A stretch of 64,000 bases of DNA from an uncultured Vicinamibacteraceae bacterium (GCA_964585855.1 CAZPFK010000002.1:893-64892); one strand, 5' to 3'; positions 30,012 through 39,521 are shown, counted from the stretch's first letter. Made by a program: numbers and translations. Notes: a model not told the origin generated them from the sequence alone.

Positions 30012-31109
30012 TCAGGGCTGGTCGAGGAAGTCGTTGAATGAGCCGCGCGTGAATCCCCACTGACGGTTGGAGAGGATCGGGCCCGCATCGGCGAGCCAGA
30101 AGCCCTCCAGGGCGTTGTGCGCCTCGTCGTAGTTGCGGCCTTCCACGGCTCGGGACGCCTGCAGATTCGGGGTTGCGATCCCTGAAATCAGGTTCAGCAG
30201 ACCCTCGCCGGCTTCGGCCAGACCGTAAAGCAGGGGGGCCTGCTCGGACTCGGCCAGATCGCTGCGACCTGCCTCGATCGCCGCCATCAGGGCCAGGACT
30301 CCGGCCTCGACCATCGTCTTCTGGATATCAGCCGGGAGGGAAGCGCCGGCACCCAGGACGCGCTCGATGTAGGTTCGCCGCACCAGCCGCAGGCCCTCGG
30401 CGGCTGCCTCGAAGCGATCAAGCTCGCCATCCTCATAGGCGCCTCGGATCTGTCCCATCAGACCGCGACAGAGATTGTCGACGGCGACTGATGGCGTCGG
30501 CGCTGCGCTGCAGGCAGCGCACAGGGCGGCGAGGACGTTCGCATCACTCTCAGCGCTGATGGCGTTTCGCAGGGTGCGCCCAATGTCCGGAACAGCGACG
30601 CGCAGGTCGAAGACGGCCTGGTTGGCGGCCGCGAGCAGGAAGGTGCGTTCGAAGGCCATCGCGGTTGCGTAGCGGACGGCTGGCTTCTCACTCTGCAGCG
30701 CGACTCCCAGTTGCGCGACAGCGGCATCGGTCCCCATGACCCCGAGCACCTGAACGGCGTTCAGATGCGTGTTCACCGGAAGAGCGGTATCGGCAAGCAG
30801 GTCAGCCAGCGGCGGCACCAGGGCGTCAGAGAGGGCGCGGCGGAAGTGGACGCTGGCGTCATTACGGCTCAGCGGCGCCATCAGCGTGCGGCGTGCCTCC
30901 GCCGAGTCGCGGGCGGAGTCCCGCCCCAGCACGGCGCTCCACTCCTGGGCAAAGGCCGTCACCTGCCGCTGCTGGTCGGCGCTCAGGGGTGTCGAGGAGG
31001 TGATGATCGACTGGCTGATCTGCCCGAGGGACAGGGCCGGGAATACGTTCAGCAGGGCAATCGCAGTCCAGACGGCAAGACGGCGGGCGCGAAGGGAGAA
31101 TTGGCGCAT
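30012..31109 (-). CDS. Secreted alpha-helical (HEAT/ARM-like) protein, function unknown
   Basis: Signal peptide (LAVWTAIALLNVFPALSLGQ). Ala/Leu-rich helical repeats, e.g. VLGVMGTDAAVAQLGVALQSEKPAVRYATAMAF. Confidence 0.7.
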   Translation of the reverse strand: MRQFSLRARRLAVWTAIALLNVFPALSLGQISQSIITSSTPLSADQQRQVTAFAQEWSAVLGRDSARDSAEARRTLMAPLSRNDASVHFRRALSDALVPPLADLLADTALPVNTHLNAVQVLGVMGTDAAVAQLGVALQSEKPAVRYATAMAFERTFLLAAANQAVFDLRVAVPDIGRTLRNAISAESDANVLAALCAACSAAPTPSVAVDNLCRGLMGQIRGAYEDGELDRFEAAAEGLRLVRRTYIERVLGAGASLPADIQKTMVEAGVLALMAAIEAGRSDLAESEQAPLLYGLAEAGEGLLNLISGIATPNLQASRAVEGRNYDEAHNALEGFWLADAGPILSNRQWGFTRGSFNDFLDQP

Positions 31110-31203
31110 GGCGGCTCCAGACGAGAGAAATCCCGCCCCGAAGCGCCGGGGCGTGTCCGCAACGCTACGAGTTCACGCCGCAAGGGTCAATTCCGCCGTC
31201 CCG

Positions 31204-32997
31204 TCAGGCCGGAACCGAGAGCGTCTGGCCGTCGCCTGACTCCAGTTTCCGCGTCAGCGGGTCGGTGTTTCCATGGAAGTTGGAGACGTTCCCGGCCGGG
31301 TTGTGGTTATAGAAGGGCATCGGCTTCTTGCGGTTGACGCGGCCGACGACCCAATGATCCAGCAGCATGGCCTCAAGGGTCGAGAAGAGCTGGCCCGGAG
31401 CCAGGGCCTGCACCGGCAGCGAGGACCCGTCCTGTCCACCGGAGACGGTCGCGTTGCGGAACTCGCGGTGAATGTCCACGGCGTCGTCGTACTTCTCCAG
31501 AATGTCGATGACGCGCTTGTACATGCCAGTCAGCGGCAGGGTCTGTCCGCCTCGGATGTAGGCCGGAACGCGGTGAATTTTCCCCTCGTGCATGACGCCG
31601 ACGGTTCCCTTGCGTGCTCCGACAAGGTTGACCTTGAAGACGTTGAACTTGTTGATTTCCCAGCCGACGTCCTGGTTGTTGGTGAAGAGCTTCGTGATCT
31701 CCTTGACCGAGAGCAGGTCCAGACCGCCCAGGCCCGGCAGGAAGCGGTCCTCATGGTTGAAGCCGCCGAGACTCAGCCAGCGGAAAGCCGCCTGTGGCGT
31801 CATCTTCAGGCCCGCGTCCTTGGCGATCTTGGCCGTGAAATCTTCGAGGTCGGTGAACTGGCCGTTGGCGCAGTACCAGAAGTCGGCAAAGCGGATGTAC
31901 TGCAGCACACGCTTACGCTGCGTCTCGTTGTACTCATCGCGAAGCCACTTCGGCTCATGCTCGCCGCGCATCATGGCCAGCACGGTATAGGCCGCCTCAC
32001 GCGCGCTGGTATGCGCCAGGCCCATGCCGCCGGCAAGAATCGGGTCGGCGAATCCTGCCGACTCTCCGATCAGGAACCAATTTTCCCCGACGACGCGATC
32101 GGCCACGAACGACCAGTCCTTGGTCGTCCGCACCTCGTTCTCGCGGGATGCTCCCTTGATCAGGGCCTGCACCCGCGGCTCCTGCGAGAGCGCCCAGTCA
32201 TACAGCTCCTGCGGCGTCTTGTCTGACTCCTTGTAGTAGTCAGCCGGACAGATGAAGCCGATGCTCGTGCGCGTCGGGCTCAGCGGAATAAACCAGATCC
32301 ACCCGGTGCCGATGCTCAGCACCTGCACCCGCGTACCGCCCGTGCCGATGGTCACGGCCCACTCGGTGTTCTCCCAGTAGTCCCACATCGCGACGTTCTT
32401 GAGCGTGGTCGGAACCGTCACGCCGATCCCGAGCGCCCGCCGCAGAATCCCGACGTGGCCGGAGCCGTCGAAGTAGTACTTCGCGCGGACCTCCGAGCCG
32501 TCTCCCAGCCGAAGGCCGGTGACGCGATCGCCCTCGTGGAGGATTTCTGCGACCTTGGTCTCCTGCCGGACCTCAGCGCCCATGGAGGCGGCATGATCCA
32601 GCAGGATGGTGTCGTAGACGGCCCGATCCACCTGGAAGGCGGTGTAGCGGCGCTGACCCTCGAACTTCGCGGGCCGGGGCTCATCCTTGAAGAGGTGCAG
32701 CGGGATGAACTCGAAGTCCCAGAGTTTGGTGCTGGATCCCCACCGGTAGGTCGCGCCGATTTTGATCGGAAAGTTCGCCGCCTCAACCTTCTCCCAGCAG
32801 CCCATCTCGTCGAGCACGTTGCAGCAGATCGGCAACTGGCTTTCGCCGACGTGCTCACGCGGAAACTTCTCCCGCTCGAGGATGAGCACCCGAAGCGACG
32901 GGTCGTACTTCTTCAGAATCGCAGCGGCAGTGCTCCCGGCCGGGCCACCGCCGATGATCGCCACATCAAACTCTTCGCAGCGTGAGTCCACAATCAT
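31204..32997 (-). CDS. FAD-dependent oxidoreductase of the flavin-dependent halogenase family (598 aa)
   Basis: GGGPAGSTAAA dinucleotide fold, EKFPREHVGESQLP (FPRxxxGES block with the preceding Lys) and GWIWFIP (the WxWxIP motif). AAAGGAG Shine-Dalgarno 7 nt before the internal ATG chosen as start. About 200 extra C-terminal residues. Confidence 0.8.
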   Translation of the reverse strand: MIVDSRCEEFDVAIIGGGPAGSTAAAILKKYDPSLRVLILEREKFPREHVGESQLPICCNVLDEMGCWEKVEAANFPIKIGATYRWGSSTKLWDFEFIPLHLFKDEPRPAKFEGQRRYTAFQVDRAVYDTILLDHAASMGAEVRQETKVAEILHEGDRVTGLRLGDGSEVRAKYYFDGSGHVGILRRALGIGVTVPTTLKNVAMWDYWENTEWAVTIGTGGTRVQVLSIGTGWIWFIPLSPTRTSIGFICPADYYKESDKTPQELYDWALSQEPRVQALIKGASRENEVRTTKDWSFVADRVVGENWFLIGESAGFADPILAGGMGLAHTSAREAAYTVLAMMRGEHEPKWLRDEYNETQRKRVLQYIRFADFWYCANGQFTDLEDFTAKIAKDAGLKMTPQAAFRWLSLGGFNHEDRFLPGLGGLDLLSVKEITKLFTNNQDVGWEINKFNVFKVNLVGARKGTVGVMHEGKIHRVPAYIRGGQTLPLTGMYKRVIDILEKYDDAVDIHREFRNATVSGGQDGSSLPVQALAPGQLFSTLEAMLLDHWVVGRVNRKKPMPFYNHNPAGNVSNFHGNTDPLTRKLESGDGQTLSVPA

Positions 32998-33273
32998 CGC
33001 CACGCTCCTTTGCTTGCACTCTGCGACGCGCAACAGCCAACCACCGGGGCAGCAATCGCCCCGTTTCCGATTGACGCCGTGGGCAATCGGATCGATCCTG
33101 TTGACGTGTCGGATCCGGATCAGCGCTCCGGATCGGGGCCACAACGAACCACGTGGGGACGCCTCAGCTCTGAGTCCACCGATCGTCCCCGCTCGATGGA
33201 TCCCGCCGCCCCCTCCTGCTCCGGGGCGGTCTGTCTCAGCATACCGCGCATCGGTTCATTTTGGAACCCGATT

Positions 33274-34455
33274 TCAGGGATTCAGCCCTGAATTCTCCTC
33301 GATCCCTGTTGCCCGGTCGATCCAGCCCCCTCCAAGCACCGCCTCGCCCCCCGCGGCCTCGTAGCAGACCACTGCCTGGCCGGGGGCGACAGCCGGCTGC
33401 GGCTCCTCGAACGCGACCTCCAGCCCCCCATCTGCCGAACCACGGAAGTGGGCCGGGACCGGCTCGGCGTTGTACCTGATTTTCGCCAGGCAGGGCTGCC
33501 ACCGGTCGCTCGGGGGGTGCTCCGGGCTCAGCCAGTTGACCTCTGTCGCCACGCAGCCCGAAGCCGAGAGGCGCTCCCGAGGTCCGACCGTGATCGTGTT
33601 GGCCTTCGCATCGCGATTCAGAACGTAGAGCGGAACCGACGCCGCGATGCCGATGCCCCGCCTCTGCCCGATCGTAAAGTGCTGATGCCCCGGGTGCCGG
33701 CCGATTTCTCGTCCCTCCTGGTCGAGGATGGCTCCCTCATGAACTTCGCCGGGTGTCCGTCGCCGAACCAGACCGGCGTAGTCGTTATCAGGAACGAAGC
33801 AGATTTCCTGCGAATCGGGCTTGTCGAAGACGGGCAGGCCAAGGTCCGCGGCGAGCGCGCGCACGGCCGACTTCTCGAGTGAGCCGATGGGCAGGAGCAT
33901 CTCGTTGAGGCGATGTTGCGGCGTCCCGAAGAGGACGTAACTCTGGTCCTTGGAGTGGTCGAGGCCGCGCAGCAGGCGCAGCGACCCTCCGATGCGTTCG
34001 ATGCGCGCATAATGCCCGGAGGCGACCTTCTCCGCGCCGATCTGTCGGGCGTACTCGTGGAGCTTGCCGAATTTCAGCCAGTCGTTGCAGCGGACGCAGG
34101 GGTTGGGCGTCCGGCCCGCGTTGTACTCCTCGACAAAGTAGTCGATGATGCGGCCAAAGTCCTTTTTGAAGTTACACACATAAAAAGGAATGCCGAGCCG
34201 GGCCGCGACCCGCCGGGCGTCGGCGGCATCGTTGATCGAGCAGCAGCCCTGATGACCGATACGCACCCTGCTCGGATCGCATGTATCTTCTGATTCTTCA
34301 TAGGGTTGCAGCTCATCGAGGGTCTCGCCCGGAGAGCCGAGGCGCATAAAGCAGCCGACAACGTCGTACCCTTGCTCCTTCAGCAGAGCGGCTGCGACGG
34401 AGGAATCGACGCCCCCCGACATTGCCAGCAGAACTTTCTCGCGTACGGCCGTCAT
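33274..34455 (-). CDS. mnmA: tRNA 2-thiouridine(34) synthase
   Basis: PP-loop AMSGGVDSSVAA. The remaining blocks (CCSINDAADARRVA, RTPNPCVRCN, FVPDNDY) are typical of MnmA. Confidence 0.95.
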   Translation of the reverse strand: MTAVREKVLLAMSGGVDSSVAAALLKEQGYDVVGCFMRLGSPGETLDELQPYEESEDTCDPSRVRIGHQGCCSINDAADARRVAARLGIPFYVCNFKKDFGRIIDYFVEEYNAGRTPNPCVRCNDWLKFGKLHEYARQIGAEKVASGHYARIERIGGSLRLLRGLDHSKDQSYVLFGTPQHRLNEMLLPIGSLEKSAVRALAADLGLPVFDKPDSQEICFVPDNDYAGLVRRRTPGEVHEGAILDQEGREIGRHPGHQHFTIGQRRGIGIAASVPLYVLNRDAKANTITVGPRERLSASGCVATEVNWLSPEHPPSDRWQPCLAKIRYNAEPVPAHFRGSADGGLEVAFEEPQPAVAPGQAVVCYEAAGGEAVLGGGWIDRATGIEENSGLNP

Positions 34456-34494
34456 GACGGTGAAACTCTAGCGGCGCGACAGTACACTGGCCGC

Positions 34495-35493
34495 ATGACG
34501 CTTGTCTACGCAGGGCTGGATGAGGCGGGCTACGGTCCCATGCTGGGGCCGCTGACTGTCGGCTGCGCCGCCTTTCGCTTCCGGGACCTCGACCCCGAAA
34601 CGCCGACGGCCCCCAACATGTGGTCGATCCTGAAGCCCTGCGTCAGCCGAACCATCGCCCGGCGAGGAACGAGACTCGTCGTCAACGACTCAAAAAAGGT
34701 CAAACGGGCCACTGGCCCCGCCAGCCGCGAAGCCCTGCTTCACCTTGAGGCCGCTCTGCTGGCATTTCTGAGGGCGGTCCGGCCCGACGCCCTGCCCGAA
34801 ACCGATGAGGAGTTCTTTGCGGCAGTGGCCCCGGCCGCGCTGGAATCACTTGATGAGGCCCCGTGGTACGGCGGCGACCCCATCCGACTGCCCGTTGCCA
34901 ACGACTCGGCCGCCATCGGCATTGCCGCCAGCCAGTTGCGCCGGCACCTGGAGCGAAACGGAATCGAGGTCGTCGCTCTGCACTGCCGGACGCTCATGGA
35001 CCCGCACTTCAACGCCATCGTCGAACAGTTCCGAAGCAAGGCGGCGGCCTCGTTTCACCTTTTCTCCCGGCACCTGGCCGACCTGGTGCGCGCCTTCGGT
35101 GGACAGACGCCGCATGTCGTCATTGATCGCCAGGGGGGACGAATCGATTACTGCGAGTCGCTGCGGCTGCTCTTTCCGGAGCACGCGCTGCGCATCCTCG
35201 ACCAGTGCCCGGACCTCTGCCGCTACGAACTGCAGGGAGACTCCGGCCGGCTGCGCATCACCTTCGCCCCAGAGGCCGACAGCCGCCACTTCCCCGTCGC
35301 CCTGGCCTCCATGCTCGCCAAATACGTCCGCGAGCTGCTCATGCTCCGGCTCAACCGCTACTTCTGCGCGATCAACCCGGAACTGAAGCCGACCGCCGGC
35401 TACGTGCAGGATGCGCGGCGATTCCTCAGCGACATCGAACCGATCATCGTGGAGCAGCGCCTCGAACGCCGACTGCTGATCCGTCAGCGCTGA
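34495..35493 (+). CDS. RNase HII-like (RNase H2 superfamily) protein with a large internal insertion
   Basis: GLDEAGYGPMLGPLTV (compare GIDEAGRGPLAGPVV), VNDSKKV and LASMLAKYVRELLM (compare ASIIAKVxRD). Length is 332 aa, against about 200 for RNase HII. Confidence 0.6.
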   Translation: MTLVYAGLDEAGYGPMLGPLTVGCAAFRFRDLDPETPTAPNMWSILKPCVSRTIARRGTRLVVNDSKKVKRATGPASREALLHLEAALLAFLRAVRPDALPETDEEFFAAVAPAALESLDEAPWYGGDPIRLPVANDSAAIGIAASQLRRHLERNGIEVVALHCRTLMDPHFNAIVEQFRSKAAASFHLFSRHLADLVRAFGGQTPHVVIDRQGGRIDYCESLRLLFPEHALRILDQCPDLCRYELQGDSGRLRITFAPEADSRHFPVALASMLAKYVRELLMLRLNRYFCAINPELKPTAGYVQDARRFLSDIEPIIVEQRLERRLLIRQR

Positions 35494-37313
35494 CTCGTTG
35501 AGAGCGGCGTGCCGTCGCGCACGATGGCGCGAATCACCGCCGGATCGGTCCGGTTGGGCCAGACGCGGCCGATGCCCGGCAGTTCGACGGTCGCGGCGTT
35601 CTCCGGCTCGTTGAGCGCCAGAGCGTAGAAGAGCGGCGACTGGCCCGCCCGCTGCGGCTGCGTCGAGAGTTCCTCGCCGTCGGCCCCCGAAGCGTACACG
35701 GCCACGTGGCCCTCTCGGGCATCCTCGGGAGCGATGGCGAAGAAGGCCAGTTCGTCGATGCCGTGGGCCTCATCTGCGGAGACCTTGAGCGTCAGTTCGC
35801 CCGATTCCATGCGATAGACCGGCGCGGGCAGGTGTACGCGCGGATCATCCAGCGAGAGGCGATACATGATCTGGTTGTAGTCGTATCGCGGAGTGAGGTG
35901 CTCGTTGCCGGAGAACATCGCCGTATACGTGCCCTCGAAGTAGATGACGCGCCCGCCGTCCTGGTCGAAGAAGGGGTGATGCTTGGGGTTGTAGAAGGAG
36001 TACTTGTTGTGCGTCACGATCCGCCGCGCCCAGACCCACGGGCCAAGCGGCGTGTCGGCTTCGGCATACCAGATCTCTCCCAGGAAGGAGGGTTCGCCGA
36101 AGGTCTGGAGGACAATCGCGACCCACTTGTTTCGATACGGGTTCCACGCCAGCGAACCGCCGTGGGGCACGACATCTTTGCCCGTCTCGATGTCCCGAAG
36201 ATCGACGGGCCACTCACGCTGCGGCAGTTCCCCCCGATTGCGCCATTGCAGCAGTTCCATCCCGCCGAGATACGGCGCGCCCGGCTTCCACCCGTAGACG
36301 ACGTGGCCGTCGTCATCTCGCTCCACGGCGCTCCCGTCTGCCGTCAGCGGCGTAAAGGCCAGGTAGTTGCCGGCTTCTTTGATCGCCTCCACATCCGCAG
36401 CGACGCGCAGATTGGCAAAGGGCGCGCCGAAGAAGTACTCCCGGCCGCGCTGCGTCGTCAGTTCGACCGGGTGTCCATAGGGCCGAATCTCAGAATCGAC
36501 CGGCAGCGAGGCGATCGGTTCGTAGTGGTCTGTTTCATCGTTGTAACGGGCGAGGCCGCGTTCATAGATCTCGCCCAGCGACTTCACACGAATCCAGTGG
36601 CAGTACAGCTGCTCGGTTCCGTCGGAGTCGGGGATGATCATCAGCCCGTCCAGCCACACCGGGCCCGGCCCCTCAATCGGAAGCATCGGGCGGGAGAAGC
36701 CCTCCTTGTCCACGAAGTAGCGCAGGTTGATGCCCAGCGAGGGATCAAGCCCGCCCTGGCCCGGCAGGTCGGATTCCGCCCCCGATGCCTCGAAGTTCCC
36801 GAGCGGGTAGGCGGGCCGACCCGTGTCGCCCCAGATCCAGTGAATCCGGTCCCGGTAGATGATCGACTGCACGGAGTCCTGCCCCATCACCAGGCCGTTG
36901 ATCAGCGGCTGCTCGATCGGGGGCGTGTCGCCGAGGAGGATGCTGTCGCGATAAAGCCCCGCCCCGGTGATGCGATAGAGCCGTTCCGCGACATTGACCC
37001 GATCCACCTTCAGGACCGCGCTGCCGCCCGGCGAGATGTCGAGCGCGATGCCGGGGATCTGGAAGCCGTCCTTCTTGTAGGTGTATCCGTGGCTGCTGAC
37101 GGTGAAGTGGACACGCGTGTTCATCAGCCCCGGTTCGTCGAAGGCGACCATCCCGGCATTGTCGGTCAGAAAGACGTGGCTGTTGGTCAGTTTCAATTCC
37201 ACCAGCGGCACGCCGCGGCCCGTCTCAGCATCCTGCACATGAATCCGGAAGGGCTGGCCGAAGGCCGTTGCGGAAAGCGCGGTCGCAAGCAGCGTAAGGA
37301 TGGGCGCACGCAT
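35484..37313 (-). CDS. Secreted protein of unknown function (609 aa)
   Basis: Signal peptide MRAPILTLLATALSATAFGQ at the internal Met chosen as start. The N-terminal beta-sandwich-like segment (FRIHVQDAETGRGVPLVELKL) resembles carboxypeptidase-regulatory-like domains. The rest is unassigned. Confidence 0.72.
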   Translation of the reverse strand: MRAPILTLLATALSATAFGQPFRIHVQDAETGRGVPLVELKLTNSHVFLTDNAGMVAFDEPGLMNTRVHFTVSSHGYTYKKDGFQIPGIALDISPGGSAVLKVDRVNVAERLYRITGAGLYRDSILLGDTPPIEQPLINGLVMGQDSVQSIIYRDRIHWIWGDTGRPAYPLGNFEASGAESDLPGQGGLDPSLGINLRYFVDKEGFSRPMLPIEGPGPVWLDGLMIIPDSDGTEQLYCHWIRVKSLGEIYERGLARYNDETDHYEPIASLPVDSEIRPYGHPVELTTQRGREYFFGAPFANLRVAADVEAIKEAGNYLAFTPLTADGSAVERDDDGHVVYGWKPGAPYLGGMELLQWRNRGELPQREWPVDLRDIETGKDVVPHGGSLAWNPYRNKWVAIVLQTFGEPSFLGEIWYAEADTPLGPWVWARRIVTHNKYSFYNPKHHPFFDQDGGRVIYFEGTYTAMFSGNEHLTPRYDYNQIMYRLSLDDPRVHLPAPVYRMESGELTLKVSADEAHGIDELAFFAIAPEDAREGHVAVYASGADGEELSTQPQRAGQSPLFYALALNEPENAATVELPGIGRVWPNRTDPAVIRAIVRDGTPLSTSQR

Positions 37314-37365
37314 GGGCAGACTCCCGGGAGCGAGTGATGTGACAGACTCGAAGAACGACGCCTGA

Positions 37366-39366
37366 TCAGGTGCGTTCGGTTTCGGATCGCTCCAGCGGAG
37401 CCGTTGAACGGACGGCCACCTGGGCCGGCGCCGGATCGGCGATCGTCGGACGGGCGGAATCGATCGCCTCACGAACCCGGCGGACGATGGAGGCGACGTC
37501 AAGCCCGGCCTCCTCGAGCTGGCTCTTGCGGCTGTCCTGATAGATCCAGCGCTGGGGAATGGCGATGCGGTGGACCAGGTGCGTCGGCAGGCCGGCATCA
37601 TGACAGGCCTCCAGCACGTTGGCGCCGAACCCGCCGGGCAGCCCGTGGTCCTCCACGGTGATGACCGGAATGCCCCGGCCGAGGAGGTCGCGCAGCAGAT
37701 CGAGATCAACAGGGCGGGCAAAGCGTGCGTCGTAGACGCTGATGCGATACTCGCCCTCCGAGGCCAGTTCATCACGGGCAGCCATCGCCGAGAGCGCCAT
37801 CACGCCGAGACCGAGGATCGCGGCATCGGGGCGGTCTTCGACATGGAGCGGTCGGGCTTTGCCCAGTTCAAAGGCCGGGCAAGTCTGGTCGGTGAAGCGA
37901 TCGCTGACGTTGTCGCGTGGGTAGCGGATTGCCGAAAGCCCGGCGTCGTAGGTGCGCATGAACTCGAGTCCCGCCCGGAGACTGGGCTCATCCATGGCAG
38001 AGAGCAGGGCGGCATCGGGGAAGACGCTGAGAATGCTGATGTCGCAGAAGCCGTGGTGCACCGCGCCGTCGCCGCCGACGAGGCCGGCCCGGTCGAGGCA
38101 GAGGCGGACCGGAAGGCCCTGCAGGGCGACTTCCTGGAACGCCTGGTCGAAGGCGCGCTGCAGGAAGGTGGAGTAGACGGCAAAGAACGGCTTGTGCCCG
38201 GCGCGCGCCAGCCCGGCCATCATGTCCATGGCGTGCGACTCGCAGATGCCGGTATCCCAGCAGCGATCGGGGAACTTCGGCATCACCTTGGCCAGCCCCG
38301 TGCCGTCGGGCATCGCGGCTGTGGCCGTCACCACCTTCGGATCGCGCTCCATGAGGTCGATCATGGCGTCGGCAAAGGCGGAAGTGAAGGAGCGGCCGGT
38401 GCTCTTGAGTTCGACGCGGCAGCCCTGCATGACGAAGGGCTTGGGAGAGTGAAAGGTTGTCGCATCACCCTCGGTATGTTCGTAGCCCTTGCCCTTGACG
38501 GTGTGGACGTGCAGCACCATCGGGCGGTCGAAGTCGCGCACCTCGGCGAGCAGTTCGATCAGTCCGCGCAGGTCGTGGCCGTCGACCGGGCCGACGGTGA
38601 CGAGGCCGAACTTCTCAAACCACGCATCCTCGGCCAGCGCGGCCTTGGTCATCTCGCCCATGCGGTGATACATCTCGCCGATCAGCGAGCCGCCCGGCAA
38701 CTGGCTGACGACATCGCGGGCGGCGCGCTTGACGGTGCGGTAGGTGCGGCTGGTGCGAACCCGATCCAGGTACGCCGCGACCGCCCCCTGGGGTTTGGCG
38801 ATCGACATGCCGTTGTCGTTGAGCACGATGAGCATCTGTCGCTTGAGCGTGCCGGCGTTGTTGAGCCCCTCCATCGCAACGCCGTTGACGATCGAGGCGT
38901 CGCCGATGAGCGCCACGACGCGGCGGCCCTCGGGGTTGCCCTCGGGGTCAAACGCCTCAGCGTTGAGCGTGTCGCCCCGCGCCATGCCGACGGCTGTGCT
39001 GATCGCCGTGCCCGCATGGCCGACGGAGAAGAGGTCGAAGGCGCTCTCCCGCGGTTCGGGGAAGCCCGCCATCCCGGCGCGGGTCCGCAGTTTCGAGAGC
39101 AGGGGGAAGCGCCCGGTGAGGAGCTTGTGCGGATAGCACTGGTGGCCGACGTCGAAGAGCAGCCGGTCCCAGGCGAAGTCGAAGACGTAGTGCAGGGCGA
39201 TCGTCAGTTCGACGACGCCGAGATTGGGCGCGAGGTGGCCGCCGGTCCTGGAGACCTGCTCGTAGATGGCGGTGCGGATCTCCGAGGCGAGCGTCTCAAG
39301 CTGCTCAATCGAGAGGGCCTTGAGGTCGCGCGGAGAGTGAATCGTGGGGAGCAGGGTCAACTCCAT
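37366..39366 (-). CDS. dxs: 1-deoxy-D-xylulose-5-phosphate synthase
   Basis: GGHLAPNLGVVELTIALHYVF, GHAGTAIS, and the thiamine-diphosphate motif GDASIVNGVAMEGLNNAG. Length 666 aa. Confidence 0.96.
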   Translation of the reverse strand: MELTLLPTIHSPRDLKALSIEQLETLASEIRTAIYEQVSRTGGHLAPNLGVVELTIALHYVFDFAWDRLLFDVGHQCYPHKLLTGRFPLLSKLRTRAGMAGFPEPRESAFDLFSVGHAGTAISTAVGMARGDTLNAEAFDPEGNPEGRRVVALIGDASIVNGVAMEGLNNAGTLKRQMLIVLNDNGMSIAKPQGAVAAYLDRVRTSRTYRTVKRAARDVVSQLPGGSLIGEMYHRMGEMTKAALAEDAWFEKFGLVTVGPVDGHDLRGLIELLAEVRDFDRPMVLHVHTVKGKGYEHTEGDATTFHSPKPFVMQGCRVELKSTGRSFTSAFADAMIDLMERDPKVVTATAAMPDGTGLAKVMPKFPDRCWDTGICESHAMDMMAGLARAGHKPFFAVYSTFLQRAFDQAFQEVALQGLPVRLCLDRAGLVGGDGAVHHGFCDISILSVFPDAALLSAMDEPSLRAGLEFMRTYDAGLSAIRYPRDNVSDRFTDQTCPAFELGKARPLHVEDRPDAAILGLGVMALSAMAARDELASEGEYRISVYDARFARPVDLDLLRDLLGRGIPVITVEDHGLPGGFGANVLEACHDAGLPTHLVHRIAIPQRWIYQDSRKSQLEEAGLDVASIVRRVREAIDSARPTIADPAPAQVAVRSTAPLERSETERT

Positions 39367-39521
39367 GGGTGTTGCAACCTTCCATGCTGCAATCCGGGTT
39401 TCGTCGGATATTGTAGCGATCCGGCCGGAAGCCACCAGCTGCCGCGCCGGACCGCCTCGTCGTTCGTCTATAGTTCCCGAACCCGCCTCACCGCCGGGGC
39501 GGCGCAGCCACGGAATCTCCC

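Noticed and set aside
31204-33144. N-terminal extensions in ORF-track models: 8061-9110, 23211-24773, 31204-33144, 34306-35493, 35484-37775, 37366-39435, 47857-49005, 52775-53869, 56288-57412, 58736-59299, 59253-60035
   Set aside because: The conserved N-terminal motifs or signal peptides begin at internal start codons that have Shine-Dalgarno sequences. The upstream parts overlap neighbouring genes or have atypical codon usage. I therefore used the shorter models.
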